A DNA stretch of 64,000 bases from a virus (IMGVR_UViG_3300020050_009209); one strand, 5' to 3'. Counted from the stretch's first letter, positions 1 to 10,884 are shown. The notes: generated by a model not told the origin, from the sequence alone. Numbers and translations: made by a program.

Positions 1-756
1 GGACTATTCGCGCCCAAGCTCAGTCCCTCATTCGCGAAGTTGGCCTTCCGTGTTCTGGAGTCTGTAATCTCGTTTGGGACGACAGTCCAAGACAGTCTTC
101 GTTCTCGTGCGGTTGAGGATGTTCGGGATCGAATGCTCTTGGCTGTTCAGCGCTACCGAGAGCTGGCACTAGAGCATCCACTTGAGGCTGACCCTGAGTA
201 TGTTAACTGGCTTGGCCAGGAGGGGCGTGCCGAGTCTTGGGTTGCAAACTTCCCTCTAGGTCCTGAGTTCACGGAAAAGCACCGTAAACACAAGGAAAGT
301 CAGAGGTGGGTTCCTGAGGGTACGTACGCTATCGCGTTCGACGCTCGGGAGATCGATAAGGAAAGTGGGGGGTTTGCTTGGCATCCCTCGAAGGGTGGGT
401 GCTGGGCGAACAAGAAAGACGCAGAGCGCTATGCCATTCTAGGGGGAGAGACCCACGGTGATAACGGGGAGAATTGCTTCTGGAGCACACACGCCACGAA
501 CACCTCGGTACCGCTCTTCTCAGTTGCTCGGGTTGTTGGCCTCGGGGAGGTCTCACACATGGGAGAGACGATTATCGAGGTGGCCTACGACTACGGCACC
601 CCCTGGATGCAAGGGGAGACTCGAAAGGGGATCCCAGAAAAGGGGGGTGGGATCAAGCTCTTGACGAAGGAAGAGTATGACCTTCTACTACCTGAAGCGG
701 TACAGTTTTTCGAGAAGGCTGAGAAGGCCTCTCGGAAAAAGGAGAAAAATTCATGA
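1..756 (+). CDS. hypothetical phage protein (probably 5'-partial)
   Basis: Frame is open from base 1; stop overlaps the next ATG (ATGA). Confidence 0.7.
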   Translation, partial: GLFAPKLSPSFAKLAFRVLESVISFGTTVQDSLRSRAVEDVRDRMLLAVQRYRELALEHPLEADPEYVNWLGQEGRAESWVANFPLGPEFTEKHRKHKESQRWVPEGTYAIAFDAREIDKESGGFAWHPSKGGCWANKKDAERYAILGGETHGDNGENCFWSTHATNTSVPLFSVARVVGLGEVSHMGETIIEVAYDYGTPWMQGETRKGIPEKGGGIKLLTKEEYDLLLPEAVQFFEKAEKASRKKEKNS

Positions 757-959
757 CGAGCGCAGACAACAAAATCGAAGAGGCCCTAGAGGCGGCCCGT
801 AACTATGGTTGGATTGACGGAGCCCACCACAAAATGTGGGTCATCGATCAGATGGTTCGGAATTTGACCGGAGACGGGTACGATGCCTGGGTAGCCAACT
901 ACCAGCAGGGTGAGGATGGACCTAACACCTACACCTGGGACACAGGAATCGCACCCTAA
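753..959 (+). CDS. small hypothetical phage protein
   Basis: GGAG SD upstream; ATGA coupling. Confidence 0.7.
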   Translation: MTSADNKIEEALEAARNYGWIDGAHHKMWVIDQMVRNLTGDGYDAWVANYQQGEDGPNTYTWDTGIAP

Positions 960-992
960 CTCAACCTGAAGCCCTTAACCTGAACTTTTCGG

Positions 993-1018
993 TTAAGGGC
1001 TTCGCTCTTTCATTCGTA
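993..1018 (+). promoter_or_regulatory. class I phage promoter TTAA-N18-CGTA
   Basis: Motif lies 9 nt before ATG 1028; its TTAA sits in a hairpin arm. Confidence 0.75.
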
Positions 1019-1027
1019 GGGTCTGAC

Positions 1028-1117
1028 ATGAGCAACAACACAACCCACGACTACAAGATCACGAACATCCGAGCTGGCAAGGGGAACCGGTCCCACATTC
1101 TCTACGCGTGTCGATGA
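1028..1117 (+). pseudogene. 29-aa ORF, probable truncated gene remnant
   Basis: Has its own promoter and ATG, then an early stop. Confidence 0.35.
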
Positions 1118-1142
1118 CGATTCTGTTCCGTTTTGAAACTTA

Positions 1143-1178
1143 AGAGGGGTGGTAGTTAGTACTACCACCCCTTCTTTC
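1143..1178 (+). terminator. intrinsic terminator-like hairpin
   Basis: GGGGTGGTAG/CTACCACCCC stem followed by a T-rich tail. Confidence 0.6.
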
Positions 1179-1192
1179 ACATAAGGTAATGT

Positions 1193-1456
1193 ATGGCAAG
1201 TCTGAGTCCTGACTGGGAACCCTATCTTTTTACGAACAGCGTCCTATTTCGTAAGCGTGATGCACGTAGTAGTGCCAAGGCCGGGAAGGACTTCCTCCGG
1301 TTGTGGGGGCATGTGCAACCCACCCCTAGTTGGTTGACCCCACCTCCCCTCCCACCTCTATCGAAAGCTGCTGTAACCAAGCTGACTCAACTTTTTGAGC
1401 TAGCCAGCTCCGTGGTAGTTGTAAGGAGCCCTGTCTCAAAGAAGGAGGGCACATGA
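1193..1456 (+). CDS. hypothetical protein
   Basis: Coupled to the next ORF. Confidence 0.5.
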   Translation: MASLSPDWEPYLFTNSVLFRKRDARSSAKAGKDFLRLWGHVQPTPSWLTPPPLPPLSKAAVTKLTQLFELASSVVVVRSPVSKKEGT

Positions 1457-1773
1457 AGTACGAAATCAAGAACGAAGTCAAAGACAAAATCAGGGACGTC
1501 GTCTCCGATTGGATGGGTCTCAACCTAACCGAAGCTCAAGTGGAAGAGATTCTGAGTGTCCCCTCCCTCCGAGGCGAAATCGAGGAATGGGGTATCAGCG
1601 ATACCGTGACCCGAGAGAAGATCGGGGACTTCCTAGCTCGGAAGATCGTAGGTCGTTCCTGGCCTATGAATGGGGAAGACCAGAAAGGCAAAGATGCCTT
1701 CTACGCGTCCTTTGATACCCGAGCCAAGGAGCTTGGGTATCAGCTTCGTAGACAGTCCCAAAGGGCCAAATGA
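1453..1773 (+). CDS. hypothetical protein
   Basis: GGAGG SD; ATGA overlaps. Confidence 0.75.
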   Translation: MKYEIKNEVKDKIRDVVSDWMGLNLTEAQVEEILSVPSLRGEIEEWGISDTVTREKIGDFLARKIVGRSWPMNGEDQKGKDAFYASFDTRAKELGYQLRRQSQRAK

Positions 1774-1967
1774 GTAAGTACTCAGTTACGGTTCGTCAGT
1801 TTGAGGACCAATTGGTGGAAGCAGAAGCTCGGGTTCGTAGGTTGGAGCTAGAAAACGAGGAGCTAAGGTGCTACATCAAGGACTACAGGATCAACCTTCA
1901 ACGTGCACTAGACAACCTGCAACGTGCACTAGACCTTCTAAAGGCTCCAGGTGTAGGCTTAAAGTGA
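1770..1967 (+). CDS. small coiled-coil protein
   Basis: Heptad pattern; internal LQRALD duplication. Confidence 0.6.
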   Translation: MSKYSVTVRQFEDQLVEAEARVRRLELENEELRCYIKDYRINLQRALDNLQRALDLLKAPGVGLK

Positions 1968-2596
1968 GTACTTCAACTACCATTGACTCTCGTATTGACG
2001 ACATTCAAGCCAACTCCTATCGTGACTTCCATGCCAAAGGACTCGACTACCTCTGTATTCGTCGAGATCTTGAGCTAACACTCAAGGTGTACTTCTTCGA
2101 TGGTGACGCGTCGAAAATTGGCGAGGTCGTAAATCCGCATGACCATCGTTATCACTTTGAAAGTCGCGTACTTGCAGGAGAGGTAGAGAACGTTATCTAC
2201 TCTGAGACGAATGAACCAGCCGAACACTTCGACTTGTTCCACTACACGACTCCGCTCAACGGCTCGACACAGCCAGGGTTCAAGTATCTGAGAACCGCTC
2301 AACTTAAGCGAGACCGCACGGACAACCACCAAGCTGGAGCTGTCTGGGACAGCAGGTCGGCTGCAATCCACACGCTTTCGATCCGTAAGCCGGGTACCGT
2401 TCTGTTCCTTCGTCAGTACGTTGACGTGCTTCCGATTGGTACGCCAACCCAAACTTTCGTTCCTGCTGACCGTGGGGCTCCATCGTTGCAGGGGCTCTAT
2501 CGACGCTTCACACGAGACGAGATCATAGCCAAGATAGCAGAGTTGGAGGCACGTACAGGTAAGACTGTTGACGACCTCCTTAAGATTACGGTGTAG
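1964..2596 (+). CDS. cupin-like hypothetical protein
   Basis: HDHRYHFES...G and IHTL motifs; GTG start overlaps the upstream stop. Confidence 0.6.
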   Translation: MSTSTTIDSRIDDIQANSYRDFHAKGLDYLCIRRDLELTLKVYFFDGDASKIGEVVNPHDHRYHFESRVLAGEVENVIYSETNEPAEHFDLFHYTTPLNGSTQPGFKYLRTAQLKRDRTDNHQAGAVWDSRSAAIHTLSIRKPGTVLFLRQYVDVLPIGTPTQTFVPADRGAPSLQGLYRRFTRDEIIAKIAELEARTGKTVDDLLKITV

Positions 2597-2598
2597 TT

Positions 2599-2874
2599 AT
2601 GCCTCAGGATGGAACCCAGGCAATCCTAAACGAGGCCGTGAGCGTCATCGAGAGACTCTTCCGTAAAGGTAAATTTCAGGTGGTGGACCAAGCTCTCACT
2701 TACCTGAAGGTTGATGCTATACCGTCAGAGGTGCTACTTGGAATTCTAACCATAACCTTCCACGCTAAGGAACACCTCCCCTCTCGACCCGCTTTCTTAG
2801 CTGAAGCTGAGCCTGTCTTGGTTGCAAGGCTAGGATCTCAACGTGCCAACGCTCTACTGAAATACAGACGATAA
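2599..2874 (+). CDS. hypothetical protein
   Basis: Part of a tightly packed string. Confidence 0.65.
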   Translation: MPQDGTQAILNEAVSVIERLFRKGKFQVVDQALTYLKVDAIPSEVLLGILTITFHAKEHLPSRPAFLAEAEPVLVARLGSQRANALLKYRR

Positions 2875-3263
2875 TGATTGAAGACTCTCGTTCCAAAGTC
2901 CCAACCCCAAGCCATCCCACACCAGACAAGCTAGCCCCACTTCTTTACGAAGCTTACGGTAAAGCTCAGAATTGGGAGCGCCCCTCAGGGGAGGTCCTTC
3001 CCGATTGGTCAAGGCTCAGCGAGGAACCTCAGAGGGCCTGGTTACACCTAGCTAAAATGGCTATCGCACGTGTCAACGATGTGACCGGAGAGCAGTTGTA
3101 CGCATGTTTTCAGTATAGTCTTGTGCTACATCCGGTTACGGGGCGGTTCACTAGAGTTCCAAGCCAAGAGTGTTACCCGGAGTTTCCTATTGAGTTGCAG
3201 AGTGCTTGGGACTCCGCAGCTGAAGCTTTCAATAGGGTTGTACGAGGGGGTTATGCGTTGTAA
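2874..3263 (+). CDS. hypothetical protein
   Basis: TAATG overlap. Confidence 0.65.
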   Translation: MIEDSRSKVPTPSHPTPDKLAPLLYEAYGKAQNWERPSGEVLPDWSRLSEEPQRAWLHLAKMAIARVNDVTGEQLYACFQYSLVLHPVTGRFTRVPSQECYPEFPIELQSAWDSAAEAFNRVVRGGYAL

Positions 3264-3555
3264 GGACAGGTGGCATGGGGAACTTGTACTGACGTTCCAA
3301 CGACTTGCAGGTAAACCTCCTAAGGGCCGTCGATGGAATCGTGCTTGGAGACGTAGACTACTCTCAAGCTTTGAATATCACACGGAGGTTGCTGCGAGAG
3401 TTATGGCTGCGGAAATGGAGCGGGTCGAGAATGACCGGATATTGAACGACCTGATCAACATGGCTAAAGCCCATTGGGACGACACTCATGCTGTCCCGTA
3501 CGACTCTGAAACTGCTGAGAATTTGTACCTCAACTATGACTACCAAATCGACTAA
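3253..3555 (+). CDS. hypothetical protein
   Basis: ATG after GAGGGGG SD within ORF 3121..3555. Confidence 0.5.
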   Translation: MRCKDRWHGELVLTFQRLAGKPPKGRRWNRAWRRRLLSSFEYHTEVAARVMAAEMERVENDRILNDLINMAKAHWDDTHAVPYDSETAENLYLNYDYQID

Positions 3556-4378
3556 GCCAGGCGAGACCATCAAAGTTGCAGTAGCCAACAACGTCCTTCT
3601 AGAGGTCCCCATTTGGGAGGCTCACTTTCGAGGATCCAATTGGATGGCTGTAATTAACGTAGACGGATCCAGTCCTGGAGGTTTGAGCCGTAGGTTTATG
3701 CCAAGAGGCAAGGGGGATTGCTTCTACTTGCTTGAACAACTCCAGCTCTTCGACCCGATCGAATTTGGTGCGGACTACACGACCTCGGTTGGAACTAAGA
3801 AACGAGACCGTTGGTACGGTGTAGTCACTGCGGTCACAGACGGGCACCTAAGCATCGAGAGGACCTCGACAGGGGTAGCGGCCGTCCTGAGAGCCAAAGC
3901 GGCTAGAGAGTCCCCTAGAGATAGAGCAATGGCCCTCCGTGAGACCCTTCAGGCTCACCTAGACCAGGTGGTTGCCATTGAGAGGGAAATTCACGAGCTT
4001 GACCGGACCCCCGTGGAGTCTGAAGTGCCAGCAGATCTACCTACGGTACCGTTTTCCGTAGAAGACTACCAAGCGCCTGCGGTCCCACCTACAGCTGAGC
4101 AGCTAGCCGATTTGTTTAGCGAAGTCGAGCGTACAAAAGATTGCGTTGTGAGAGTTTGGGTATCCCCAACGAGTGTTCGAGTCTTGAAGTCACTTCCAGG
4201 CTTTACCCTGTGTTCTAGCCTCACCCCTGAGGTCTTTGGAAGTCTCTGGGGGGCAACGTTTTTAGTATCCCCAAAGATCCCACATGGGAGGGTATACCTT
4301 ACCCCAGGCAAACTTGAGGATGCCGATCTGGTACCAGAGTGGACCCCGGTACCAGAAGAATTGCAATCTTGGGGTTAA
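3536..4378 (+). CDS. hypothetical protein
   Basis: Long ORF; start chosen at MTTKSTK. Confidence 0.7.
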   Translation: MTTKSTKPGETIKVAVANNVLLEVPIWEAHFRGSNWMAVINVDGSSPGGLSRRFMPRGKGDCFYLLEQLQLFDPIEFGADYTTSVGTKKRDRWYGVVTAVTDGHLSIERTSTGVAAVLRAKAARESPRDRAMALRETLQAHLDQVVAIEREIHELDRTPVESEVPADLPTVPFSVEDYQAPAVPPTAEQLADLFSEVERTKDCVVRVWVSPTSVRVLKSLPGFTLCSSLTPEVFGSLWGATFLVSPKIPHGRVYLTPGKLEDADLVPEWTPVPEELQSWG

Positions 4379-4408
4379 AGATTCCTGACTCTCTCCGTAT
4401 GGTAGAGT

Positions 4409-4738
4409 ATGAAAACCACCACGAAGTTTACGGTTGAGCGCGACGGGCGTGAAGTTACCCTCCTGGTGGAGGCGGATTACTACCCTGGTTCTCCAGGAAG
4501 GACCTACGGACCTCCTGAGAACTGCTATCCCCCTGAGGGGTCGGAACTCGTGGTCTCCAAGCTGACTCTGAACGGCCAGGTTTGGGATGACGCCCTCACG
4601 GATGAGGAAGAGGACGACATCGTTAACACCATGTTGATGGAGGCGGACGCCGCTGAGGAGGAAAGTCCGGAGTACGACTACGACGATCCCCCTCACGAGG
4701 ACTTCTGTAGCTACGAGGACTACTGCGACTACGAGTGA
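4409..4738 (+). CDS. acidic hypothetical protein (probably leaderless)
   Basis: Class I promoter at 4375-4399; D/E-rich; YGPPENCYP motif. Confidence 0.75.
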   Translation: MKTTTKFTVERDGREVTLLVEADYYPGSPGRTYGPPENCYPPEGSELVVSKLTLNGQVWDDALTDEEEDDIVNTMLMEADAAEEESPEYDYDDPPHEDFCSYEDYCDYE

Positions 4739-4747
4739 GCCTCAAAC

Positions 4748-4781
4748 AAAAGCCGAGTGGGAAGTCCACACTCGGCTTTTT
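4748..4781. terminator. terminator-like hairpin
   Basis: AAAAGCCGAGTG...CACTCGGCTTTTT. Confidence 0.7.
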
Positions 4782-4800
4782 ACGTACTGGAAAGTTAAGT

Positions 4801-5073
4801 ATGAACCCTAGGAACCCTAAGTCCAAGTCGCCTAAGTCCAAGTCACCTCTCTGCTTCGAGGCTAGACGGTACGACCTCTCAGCCGAGGAGGCTCGGGAGG
4901 AGCTTCTGAGTATTCGTAGCCTCCTTGACGACCTTCTAACGAAGTCGTCAGACATGCATCGACTTCGAGTCGTATCCGAGTTGAAGGCAAAGTTGACCTT
5001 CGGATTTCGCACGATCGACGACTTGGCAGTTTTGAGTCATATCGCAAACCGACGTAAGCCGCGTAAGACTTAG
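4801..5073 (+). CDS. hypothetical protein
   Basis: ATG downstream of the terminator, inside ORF 4735..5073. Confidence 0.45.
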   Translation: MNPRNPKSKSPKSKSPLCFEARRYDLSAEEAREELLSIRSLLDDLLTKSSDMHRLRVVSELKAKLTFGFRTIDDLAVLSHIANRRKPRKT

Positions 5074-5089
5074 ACTTCACACAAAGCGA

Positions 5090-5129
5090 AGAAGGGGGAG
5101 GTTGCTAGAACAACCTCCCCCTTCTCTTT
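5090..5129. terminator. terminator between convergent gene blocks
   Basis: GGGGAGGTTG/CAACCTCCCC stem. Confidence 0.65.
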
Positions 5130-5734
5130 CACGGGTCTTGTGGGACAATCACGGCAACCGACTGGTCTGGGTAGTGAGTGATTACGTTGATTAGAGCCGC
5201 ATCCACAAGCTTCTGAGCCTGAGTAAGCAAGTCTTCGTCGACCTGCTCGAATGCGTCCTCGTGGTGATCTTCCAGCCACCCTGCACACTCACGATGAAGG
5301 TCAACGGTAGGTGCCTCAGCTTTGGTGCCCCACACGAAACGAACGCCGTCAACCTCAGAGCACTCCCTGACGTCCCCATCCCAGTCGTCAGCTTCGATGT
5401 AATGGTCGTCCCCAGGGGCAACTACAAGCCCACGGTAACGCTCCATGGGTACCTTCGTGGCAGCTCGGAATGCGGCCTCAAGGGAAGCTCTCTCACTCAG
5501 CACCTTACAGGGATCGCAGTAGCCAGAGTAGTGGAATCGAGGCGAGGCCCCACAGGTTATACATTCTGGTAGGTCGCAATGCTTACGAACCGCAGCAATG
5601 GCTCGCTCTTGAGCTTCAGGCCCCTCTCCAAAGGAGGACACGAAGACGAGAAACCTGCAATGCCCCTCATTTCCACCACAGAATGCTGCGTAGGGGTTCC
5701 CATTTCTATCGTAGGCTAGGATTGGTTCAGTCAT
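5129..5734 (-). CDS. hypothetical protein with CxxC pairs
   Basis: ORF; CITC and CDPC motifs. Confidence 0.7.
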   Translation of the reverse strand: MTEPILAYDRNGNPYAAFCGGNEGHCRFLVFVSSFGEGPEAQERAIAAVRKHCDLPECITCGASPRFHYSGYCDPCKVLSERASLEAAFRAATKVPMERYRGLVVAPGDDHYIEADDWDGDVRECSEVDGVRFVWGTKAEAPTVDLHRECAGWLEDHHEDAFEQVDEDLLTQAQKLVDAALINVITHYPDQSVAVIVPQDP

Positions 5735-6040
5735 GCTCTTCTCAATCAAATGTGTAGTGAAATATGCCCCACTTAACTTCAACCGACTCGTAGGCCTTAC
5801 TTAGGGAGGGAATCAAGTCGACTGCAAAGATCCGCATCCCCTCTATGGCGAGGTCTTTCTCAGCCTCAGATGGGATCTGGCATGCTTCGGAAAATTCCTT
5901 GCATGTGGCTTTTGACAGCCTCCTCCAACCGGAAGAGCTTGTCCTGAAGGTCTTTCGCCGTACCCTCTAGAATCTCTTGAGCCCGTTCTTGACAGAGGGC
6001 ATTGTACTGCTCCATGAGCAACTCTATGAAGAGTTTAGGG

Positions 6041-6418
6041 TCAATGTCTACTCCGTTGACAGACACCTTGACGTCTACTTCCAGTTCTCGACATGCGCTC
6101 GAATTCGCAGCGCAGCTTTCGCAGCGCGTGCGCCTCGATGCATCGGACGCGCTCCCTGCTCAGCCCGAGCACGTCGGCGATCTCTTGCAGCGTCATCGCG
6201 TACTCGGTCACCTCGTGCGGTTCACGCTCGCTCTCCCCCTCCTCGACGCGTGCCGCGCTCGCGTCGTAGATGCGGGGCCCAAAGGCATCTTCTAGGTCTC
6301 GCATCGTGCCGAGCCGCAACGACTCATCGCGCTCGAACTCGTCGGGGCGATGGGACAGGAGGAGCGCGCGCAGCCGCGGCGTCAGTCTGCGCCACTGCTC
6401 AGCCTGCTTTGGCGTCAC
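6041..6418 (-). CDS. sigma-70 region 4 domain protein (foreign, GC-rich insert)
   Basis: MTLQEIADVLGLSRERVRCIEAHALRKLR is a canonical sigma-70 region 4.2 HTH. Confidence 0.8.
   Translation of the reverse strand: MTPKQAEQWRRLTPRLRALLLSHRPDEFERDESLRLGTMRDLEDAFGPRIYDASAARVEEGESEREPHEVTEYAMTLQEIADVLGLSRERVRCIEAHALRKLRCEFERMSRTGSRRQGVCQRSRH
6048..6082. repeat. 35-bp direct repeat, copy 1
   Basis: CTACTCCGTTGACAGACACCTTGACGTCTACTTCC. Confidence 0.97.
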
Positions 6419-6422
6419 TTCG

Positions 6423-6457
6423 CTACTCCGTTGACAGACACCTTGACGTCTACTTCC
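6423..6457. repeat. 35-bp direct repeat, copy 2
   Basis: Identical to 6048-6082. Confidence 0.97.
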
Positions 6458-6624
6458 GAGTCAGCCTTCACCCCATCCGGGAAGTAGGTTCGAGCGAAGT
6501 CCACCTCCCCATCCTTTCCGGACATAGCTCCTAGAAGGAGCTTGGCAAAATCAGTGTTTCCGGTCAGACTCATTGCAGGATACTTCATGTCCTTACCTAC
6601 GTATCGACCAAGGTACGGTTTAAG

Positions 6625-8686
6625 CTATATTCGATCCACCCAAAGCAACTTCTGCATGGTTACGGAGTACCAACATCCGAGGAAGAACGTTGCAACCACT
6701 GAGATAATGGTACCTACTCCGGAGTAAGCCATTCCGAGGAACATGAGTAGCATGAGAACAACAAGGGTTGTTAGCGTGACTACAGCCTTCAATTGAAGCT
6801 CCTTGCTAACAATTTGTCGAGGTCTAGCGCTCGCTGGCGAATCCAATCTGGAACAGGAGGTCCTTCTAGGGACCTCGCCTTATTGATCCTACAACGGAGC
6901 TTTTCTCTTTCCTCATCCAACTCCGCTTTGATGCGGGCGGTCTGAGCTTTAGACACTCCTCGAAACTCTTCGTCATGGGCTTTACACAAGGTACTGACAA
7001 GCTTATTGCCTTCGTACCACTGAGTGTACGCAACCACTTCACAGTGATCACACGGGGTGTTCGGACCGAGACGCTTCTCTTGCTTTCCTAGCATTTACTT
7101 CCTCTCAGAACGCATTGCAAAACGTTAATAGCACAGATTCAGTGGAGGGTTGGTTGAACATTCGCCGCTCGAAGAGCCTCTAGGATTTTCTCGGCCTGGT
7201 ACTGCATGAACCCAGCTTGAATTGCATCCTTCGGGGGGAGGTCTAGCCCTTGATTAATTAGGCAACTTACCGTTTCCTGGATGTAGGACTCTCGTATACG
7301 TTCTGAGTCTACCGTCCACACCCCATCAGGGCTCGTAAAGCCTACTCTTGTGCGCGATGGTAGTATAGGGTGGACTTTTGGCGCCCCATGAATTCGGCAT
7401 TGCTCCGTAAGCTTAGCGAGGAATTCCTCGAAGGTGTAAGTGCTCACTTAACCAGCCTTGTATTGACTACAACCATAGCCTCCTTGTGCGTTAGACCTTC
7501 GAGATAGCCCGGACTAGCCCCCACAACCAAGAAGTTACCGTACATTGCTCTCCCGCTCGGTATGAATCGATTGAAAGGTAGGTGCTGAATGTCCCTGTTT
7601 GAGAGGACACTGAACATCCCCTCTCGGGTAAGCTCTAAGTTTGAAACCCCAAGTAGAAAATGAGCTTCCTGGAAGAGACGATCGTCACGTCTACCTAAGT
7701 CAACGATTTTAGGCTTGTCCCCAACTCGGTAAAGTACGGCCTTAGACTTGAGACTAGGAGTTGAGTTCAGGTTCGGGTTGTTCTTATGCAAGTCAATGCC
7801 TCAGTCTCGATCGGGTAGCTTACCGGTCACTGCCAACAACACCCAGGTTGCGAACATGGTAGCAAGATACAGGACCGGAGGAATGAAAACGATGTACCAT
7901 CTTGTCATAGAGATGATACCTACGGCAAGGGAAATCACTAGGAAAAAGTTGATAAGGTAGGCGACAAAGAAGGTTGAGATGACCCACTTAACGAGCGCAT
8001 CCGATTCAGCCTTGCTTTGACTCATGGGTAACGGTGACCTGTCCAAGTGCTTGTCGTAAGGTCCCACTCCATCGGAGTGTCGATAATGACCTCTGGGTCC
8101 TTCCGCCAAGTAGAGAGCCGAAAGGTTCCTCTGGGGCCTATAATCTGCCTAGTCTTTTGACTATCCCCTGTCTCTAGGTTGTAGAGACCAGGCCAAATCC
8201 GTTGACCTACGGGGAAAAACACCTCTCCTTTGGGGTTAAGCTGTACGGCTTCCCATTCGAGGAGCTTCTCTAGGGTCACGTCAGCAAACCCTGGTAGTTC
8301 TTGGATGTTGCGGTACCGACATTCGAAGAGCCTTGGGAGGGGCCGTAGCGCGTCAATAACCGCCTGCTTGCACTGAGGGCACCAGGTACTGTCATTCAAG
8401 GGAGCGTTACAACCATGCCCACTTCCCTGATAGCTGTATCGAGTCCCACAATGAGAACAGCGCTTGAGCTGATGAGTCGTCATATACTTCGTTACACTCA
8501 CTTCGACTCAAGCTCCACTGGAGTCGACTGGAAATTAGGTTGAGATGCCGCAAGCACCCAATTCAAGTAGGCATCATACCCGATCGTACCAAAGGACTTC
8601 CACGCAAGAGCTTCACGGGAAGGTTTCTCATTCAGGTTCGGCTTCGGGCAGTCGGGTCGAGTAATCATATCAGTAACTACGAACAT
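6625..8686 (-). other. string of small hypothetical ORFs (6625-6846 membrane, 6789-7094, 7139-7447, 7444-7791, 7801-~8025 membrane, 8022-8501 Zn-finger, 8498-8686)
   Basis: Abutting or overlapping minus-strand ORFs. Confidence 0.65.
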
Positions 8687-9164
8687 TGCACTCAGCTACT
8701 TAACTACTTTATAGGTAGTCTCCTTAGCACATGCAGAATAGAGAGGTGGGTGGGCTCTCTTAGCCACTTTTGCAATCGAAGGGAGAGCTTCACCAAAGGG
8801 GTTGCCCCCCAGCGCACGGGTCTAAAGTAGGGGCCGTAGTAAAATTCGTCTAACATCGGGGGTTACTTACGCTACCTCCCCTTGGTAGTCAAATGCTAGC
8901 ACGCAGAAAGGCCTACCCGTTTTAAGGTAGGCCTTCTCTTACCAGGTGAAGAGACTTGTGGTCTCTCCCGAGGAACCTAACTCTTGATCAGAAAGCTAGG
9001 GTTCCTCTGCAAGCGGACTCCCTCCGCACGATTATATTCATTGAGGTCTCTTTCGTCGCTACAAGGTTAACCTCAGGTAGGACCGAGTCCATACTCTAGA
9101 GGTGTTCTGGTTAAGGTGGCCAACCTCTCCAGTCATGTTACTTACGTTCGTCTCGCCCTACACT

Positions 9165-9536
9165 TTAACCAAGAACTTCGATTTTCTCCCCTGCGGTAAG
9201 AGTCTCGATCGTATCTAGGATCCAACGTAGCTCCCTACTAGGGGAGTTTACTTCGATGTCGGACTCGTCATCAATGTTTGAACCCGACAGTCGAACAGTG
9301 TCAGAGAGGAAGCAAAGGTCGAAAGACCAATTTTCAGTGGACCATTCCGCTTGAACTCCACCCTCTGGCGTTGGGTAGATGTAAACTCTGGCCTCTAGGA
9401 TATCTTCCACACGGGGGAGATACTCTCGTGCTGTCTCTATGGCTGCCCTCGAAGGTGCGAACCCACAGCCATCTAGCCACCCATCTTTGAGGTTAAGTAA
9501 CTCAGTCAACCTCGCGTTGATCGTTTCCAGACTCAC
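9165..9536 (-). CDS. hypothetical protein
   Basis: L..GWLDG...P...IYPTPEGGVQAEW pattern. Confidence 0.7.
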   Translation of the reverse strand: MSLETINARLTELLNLKDGWLDGCGFAPSRAAIETAREYLPRVEDILEARVYIYPTPEGGVQAEWSTENWSFDLCFLSDTVRLSGSNIDDESDIEVNSPSRELRWILDTIETLTAGEKIEVLG

Positions 9537-10762
9537 GACTTACCAAGCTTTGCTAGAGCCAAGGAGTAACCCGCATGTCGTTGACGTTCCAACTCCAACT
9601 GAGACACAACGTCCCAACCTGCGAGGAGAGCTGCCTCAAGTCGGACGATAGCCTCATCCGTGCTTGCGAGAAGCCTGGAGAGCCTCTCCACTGGAGCGCC
9701 GCGTTGAATCAGCCTTGAAGTTACGGTTACCATATAACCCCCTACGGGTTCGAGGTGATCTGGCTTAACTTTTCTTTCAGCTCTTGAGCAGAAATGTCGA
9801 GTTCGATCGAGCTGTTAAAGAGTGCGAGAACTTCGAGCGTCTTAGAGTGGATCAAAGTGGCCTCATCAAAGGCTGCCTTTGTCGTAACCGCTAGGTGCTT
9901 CCACCTCTCGGTCTCGGATCGCCAGTAGCTAACTTGGGCGCTTTTGTACATGTAGGTCAGCCCGATAGTTACAAGCAAACCAGCGAAAATCAAAACTACC
10001 ACTTATGCTTCTCCTCTAGACTCAGGTATGTACCGTGAAGTTCACCGAGTAAAGACACGTCTGCCGGATCCCGACTTGATGATCGACTTGGGCGATGGTG
10101 ACGCGTGTTGCCATCAGCAGCTAAGGCAACAGTAACTACGATCTGCATCGGAACTAACCTCTGGACTCAAGTATACCTCTGCCGGGTCCTCTAGAATCAG
10201 ACTCAGTCTGGACCTACCTCGAATTTGAATAGGCGGGTTAGGTCCTGGACGAGTCCAATCTAGGGTCTGAGTCGCCATTGTAGCTTCGAGGTGGTCAAGG
10301 TCCCACCCAGCAGCTAAGGCCACAACAACGCCGACCCGAATCGCAGACAACTTCAGAGTATCACCTTCGCGGGGGTACCAGCTAACTACTGGACCCCTCG
10401 CATACTCTGGGAAGGCTGCGAGTACAGCGTTAAAAACTTCAGGGGGCAACTTCATTACTGGCGGGCTCAACTTCCTCGATGTCGTTGATATCTGCCATAC
10501 ACCAGTAGCGACCTCGACCTACCCAAACAATTTGAGGGTTTTGTGCGGGGACCGTTTGACCGTGGAGGGGGTAAGCATCACTGCCAGGCATAAGATGATG
10601 CACGCGCACCTTACGTCGCTTGGTGTTGATCACGGGGTCACCGTAACCCCCTCGACCCATGTCCACAATCAAGATGTCAGCCTTAAGGGTCACAACATCC
10701 CCCTTCTTAAGGGGGAGCTTACGCTCGTCATGGTAGCCAAGGTACTTTTTGGTGGTGCTCAT
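9533..10762 (-). other. small hypothetical ORFs (9533-9733, 9742-10002, 10114-10470, 10439-10762)
   Basis: Class I promoters at 9743-9768 and 10772-10797. Confidence 0.65.
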
Positions 10763-10884
10763 AGAGTGTAGTACGAGATGGAGGGCTAGGCCCTTAACCT
10801 AGATCGACGGAGACAGGAAGGGCTTGATTTTTTCAGACAGGTGCTGTAAGCTAACCCTTAGAAACTCTAACTGAAAAGGTATTT

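Larger units (their letters stand above)
5866..6588 (-). pseudogene. phage gene interrupted by a 340-bp insert
   Basis: Removing the insert and one repeat copy restores one frame MKYPAMSL...EVDVKVSVNGVDIDPKLF...PDPI; class I promoter at 6598-6623. Confidence 0.8.

Noticed and set aside
1895-1936. 21-bp-period tandem duplication (also an 18-bp duplication near 48950-48985)
   Set aside because: Simple in-frame micro-duplications with no evidence of function
6048-6457. CRISPR array
   Set aside because: Only two copies 340 bp apart; the repeat is coding sequence of the split gene and no cas genes are present
5977-6534. 185-aa plus-strand ORF and the many other antisense ORFs in the track
   Set aside because: Shadows of better-supported opposite-strand genes or tRNAs; no motifs or promoters
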